IMG/VR virus record: IMGVR_UViG_3300029214_000125
Strand: one strand, 5' to 3'
DNA: 9,196 bases
DNA from: a virus
Lineage: Duplodnaviria > Heunggongvirae > Uroviricota > Caudoviricetes
Shown: piece after piece, positions 7,457 to 9,196 of the stretch
Numbering within the stretch: position 1 is the stretch's first letter
Layout of the letters: each line of letters starts with the position of its first letter
Notes under the pieces: model-generated
Databases searched by the model: none
The model's input: only the letters and a program-made list of their open reading frames with translations
Told to the model about the DNA's origin: nothing
Program-made: the position numbers and the translations under genes

Positions 7457-8048
7457 AGTTTGTGCAGCAATTTTGTCCGCAGCCATTTGTCTGGCCGTAT
7501 CCGGTGCGCCTGCATGGGCGTCTGAACATCAGTCCACGCTGAGCGCGGGGTATCTTCATGCCTCGACGAACGTCCCCGGCAGTGATGATCTGAACGGGAT
7601 TAACGTGAAATACCGTTATGAGTTTACGGACACACTGGGGCTGGTGACGTCATTCAGCTATGCAGGAGACAAGAATCGCCAGCTGACCCGTTACAGCGAT
7701 ACCCGCTGGCATGAAGATTCCGTTCGTAACCGCTGGTTCAGCGTAATGGCGGGGCCGTCTGTGCGCGTGAATGAATGGTTCAGCGCGTATGCGATGGCGG
7801 GTGTGGCTTACAGCCGTGTGTCGACTTTCTCCGGGGATTATCTTCGCGTAACTGACAACAAGGGGAAAAAGCACGATGTGCTGACCGGAAGTGATGACGG
7901 TCGCCACAGCAACACGTCTCTGGCGTGGGGGGCTGGCGTGCAGTTTAACCCGACCGAATCCGTGGCCATTGATATTGCTTATGAAGGCTCCGGCAGTGGT
8001 GACTGGCGCACTGACGGTTTCATCGTGGGTGTCGGTTATAAATTCTGA
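7449..8048 (+). CDS. lom: Lom outer-membrane protein (Ail/Lom/OmpX family, 199 aa)
   Basis: MRKVCAAILSAAICLAVSGAPAWA is a signal peptide with an AxA cleavage site. The C-terminus ...DIAYEGSGSGDWRTDGFIVGVGYKF matches recalled lambda Lom. GAGAGG RBS; the start overlaps the nohA stop. Confidence 0.9.
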   Translation: MRKVCAAILSAAICLAVSGAPAWASEHQSTLSAGYLHASTNVPGSDDLNGINVKYRYEFTDTLGLVTSFSYAGDKNRQLTRYSDTRWHEDSVRNRWFSVMAGPSVRVNEWFSAYAMAGVAYSRVSTFSGDYLRVTDNKGKKHDVLTGSDDGRHSNTSLAWGAGVQFNPTESVAIDIAYEGSGSGDWRTDGFIVGVGYKF

Positions 8049-8074
8049 TTAGCCAGGTAACACAGTGTTATGAC

Positions 8075-8101
8075 AGCCCGCCGGTTCAGGCGGGCTTTTT
8101 T
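8075..8101 (+). terminator. Intrinsic terminator after lom
   Basis: Stem agcccgcc / ggcgggct with loop ggttca, followed by tttttt (8096-8101). Confidence 0.6.
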
Positions 8102-8112
8102 GTGGGGTGAAT

Positions 8113-9196
8113 ATGGCAGTAAAGATTTCAGGTGTACTGAAAGACGGCACAGGAAAACCGGTACAGAACTGCACAATCCAGCTGAAAGCAAAACGTAACA
8201 GCACCACGGTGGTGGTAAACACGCTGGCCTCAGAAAATCCGGATGAAGCCGGGCGTTACAGCATGGACGTTGAGTACGGGCAGTACAGCGTTATTCTGTT
8301 GGTGGAGGGATTCCCGCCGTCACATGCCGGGACCATCACCGTGTATGAAGATTCCCGACCCGGTACGCTGAATGATTTTCTCGGTGCCATGACGGAGGAT
8401 GATGCCCGTCCTGAGGCACTGCGCCGTTTTGAACTGATGGTGGAAGAGGTGGCGCGTAACGCGTCCGCGGTGGCACAGAACACGGCAGCCGCGAAGAAGT
8501 CAGCCAGCGATGCCGGCACATCAGCACGTGAGGCGGCAACCCATGCGACTGATGCTGCAGGCTCAGCACGCGCAGCCAGCACGTCAGCCGGACAGGCCGC
8601 GTCGTCGGCTCAGTCAGCATCTTCCAGCGCAGGAACGGCATCAACAAAGGCCAGTGAAGCATCGAAAAGTGCTGCTGCTGCAGAGTCCTCAAAAAGCGCG
8701 GCAGCTACCAGTGCCGCTGCGGCGAAAACGTCAGAAACGAATGCGGCAGCGTCACAACAATCAGCAGCCACTTCTGCATCCGCCGCGACCACGAAGGCGT
8801 CAGAAGCTGCCACCTCAGCCCGGGATGCGGCGGCCTCAAAAGAGGCGGCAAAATCATCAGAAACGAGCGCAGCCTCGAGCGCCAGTAGTGCAGCCTCCTC
8901 GGCAACAGCGGCAGGAAATTCCGCGAAGGCGGCAAAAACGTCAGAGACGAACGCCAGGTCTTCTGAAACGGCAGCGGGACAGAGCGCCTCGGCTGCGGCA
9001 GGCTCAAAAACAGCGGCTGCGTCGTCTGCCAGTGCAGCGTCAACAAGTGCCGGGCAGGCCTCAGCCAGTGCCACCGCCGCCGGAAAATCGGCAGAAAGCG
9101 CCGCATCGTCTGCTTCAACAGCCACAACGAAGGCTGGCGAAGCCACTGAACAGGCCAGCGCAGCAGCGAGGTCTGCTTCCGCAGCGAAGACATCCG
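8113..9196 (+). CDS. stf: Side tail fibre protein Stf, N-terminal part (3' end beyond the window)
   Basis: MAVKISGVLKDGTGKPVQNCTIQLKAKRNSTTVVVNTLASENPDEAGRYSMDVEYGQYSVIL... matches the recalled N-terminus of lambda Stf, followed by the Ala/Ser/Thr-rich repetitive region. Frame checked open at several points to 9196; absent from the ORF track because it has no stop in the window. Confidence 0.9.
   Translation, partial: MAVKISGVLKDGTGKPVQNCTIQLKAKRNSTTVVVNTLASENPDEAGRYSMDVEYGQYSVILLVEGFPPSHAGTITVYEDSRPGTLNDFLGAMTEDDARPEALRRFELMVEEVARNASAVAQNTAAAKKSASDAGTSAREAATHATDAAGSARAASTSAGQAASSAQSASSSAGTASTKASEASKSAAAAESSKSAAATSAAAAKTSETNAAASQQSAATSASAATTKASEAATSARDAAASKEAAKSSETSAASSASSAASSATAAGNSAKAAKTSETNARSSETAAGQSASAAAGSKTAAASSASAASTSAGQASASATAAGKSAESAASSASTATTKAGEATEQASAAARSASAAKTS

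Noticed and set aside
6902-7486. 194-aa - strand ORF and 68-aa + strand ORF (6936-7142) across cos and the Nu1 gene
   Set aside because: The + strand frame from 7001 encodes a near-perfect Nu1 N-terminus, and 6902-7000 is the cosB R-element region. The overlapping ORFs are out-of-frame or antisense shadows.
7266-7907. - strand ORFs 7266-7559 and 7650-7907
   Set aside because: Antisense to nohA and lom, both of which are recognised by sequence.
8256-9193. Four long - strand ORFs (8256-8582, 8336-8692, 8610-9146, 8705-9193)
   Set aside because: They are antisense to the stf reading frame, which matches lambda Stf. Their alanine-, proline- and arginine-rich translations are the usual artefact of a GC-rich repetitive coding region, and none has a credible RBS.

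Overview
This window reads as the late region of a Qin-like defective lambdoid prophage of E. coli, and I see no clear novel multi-gene system; the best leads are small accessory modules. All identifications come from reading the sequence and recalled protein/phage sequences; no database search was run. Gene order on the + strand: a small upstream ORF, a Q-like antiterminator (343-858), a divergent cold-shock pair cspF(-)/cspB(+), a phage-21-type lysis cassette (pinholin essQ, ydfR, SAR endolysin rrrQ, spanins rzpQ with nested rzoQ), a third cold-shock gene cspI, small accessory genes (gnsB, ydfO and ynfO on the - strand, plus unnamed small ORFs), then a lambda-type cos site with cosN GGGCGGCGACCT at 6812-6823. 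Downstream of cos, a Nu1 small-terminase gene is truncated and joined 28 bp upstream of lom, followed by the start of the side tail fibre gene stf. This implies that the head and tail genes (A through J) are deleted while cos, the lysis cassette and the accessory genes are retained. The accessory genes sit in an AT-rich block, and several have their own terminator. A 19-nt N run at 3175-3193 interrupts ydfR. The candidates most worth a second look are the ynfO-ydfO pair beside cos, two small zinc-ribbon ORFs, and a consensus-SD mini-ORF downstream of cspB. No tRNA, rRNA, CRISPR array or IS element was seen.
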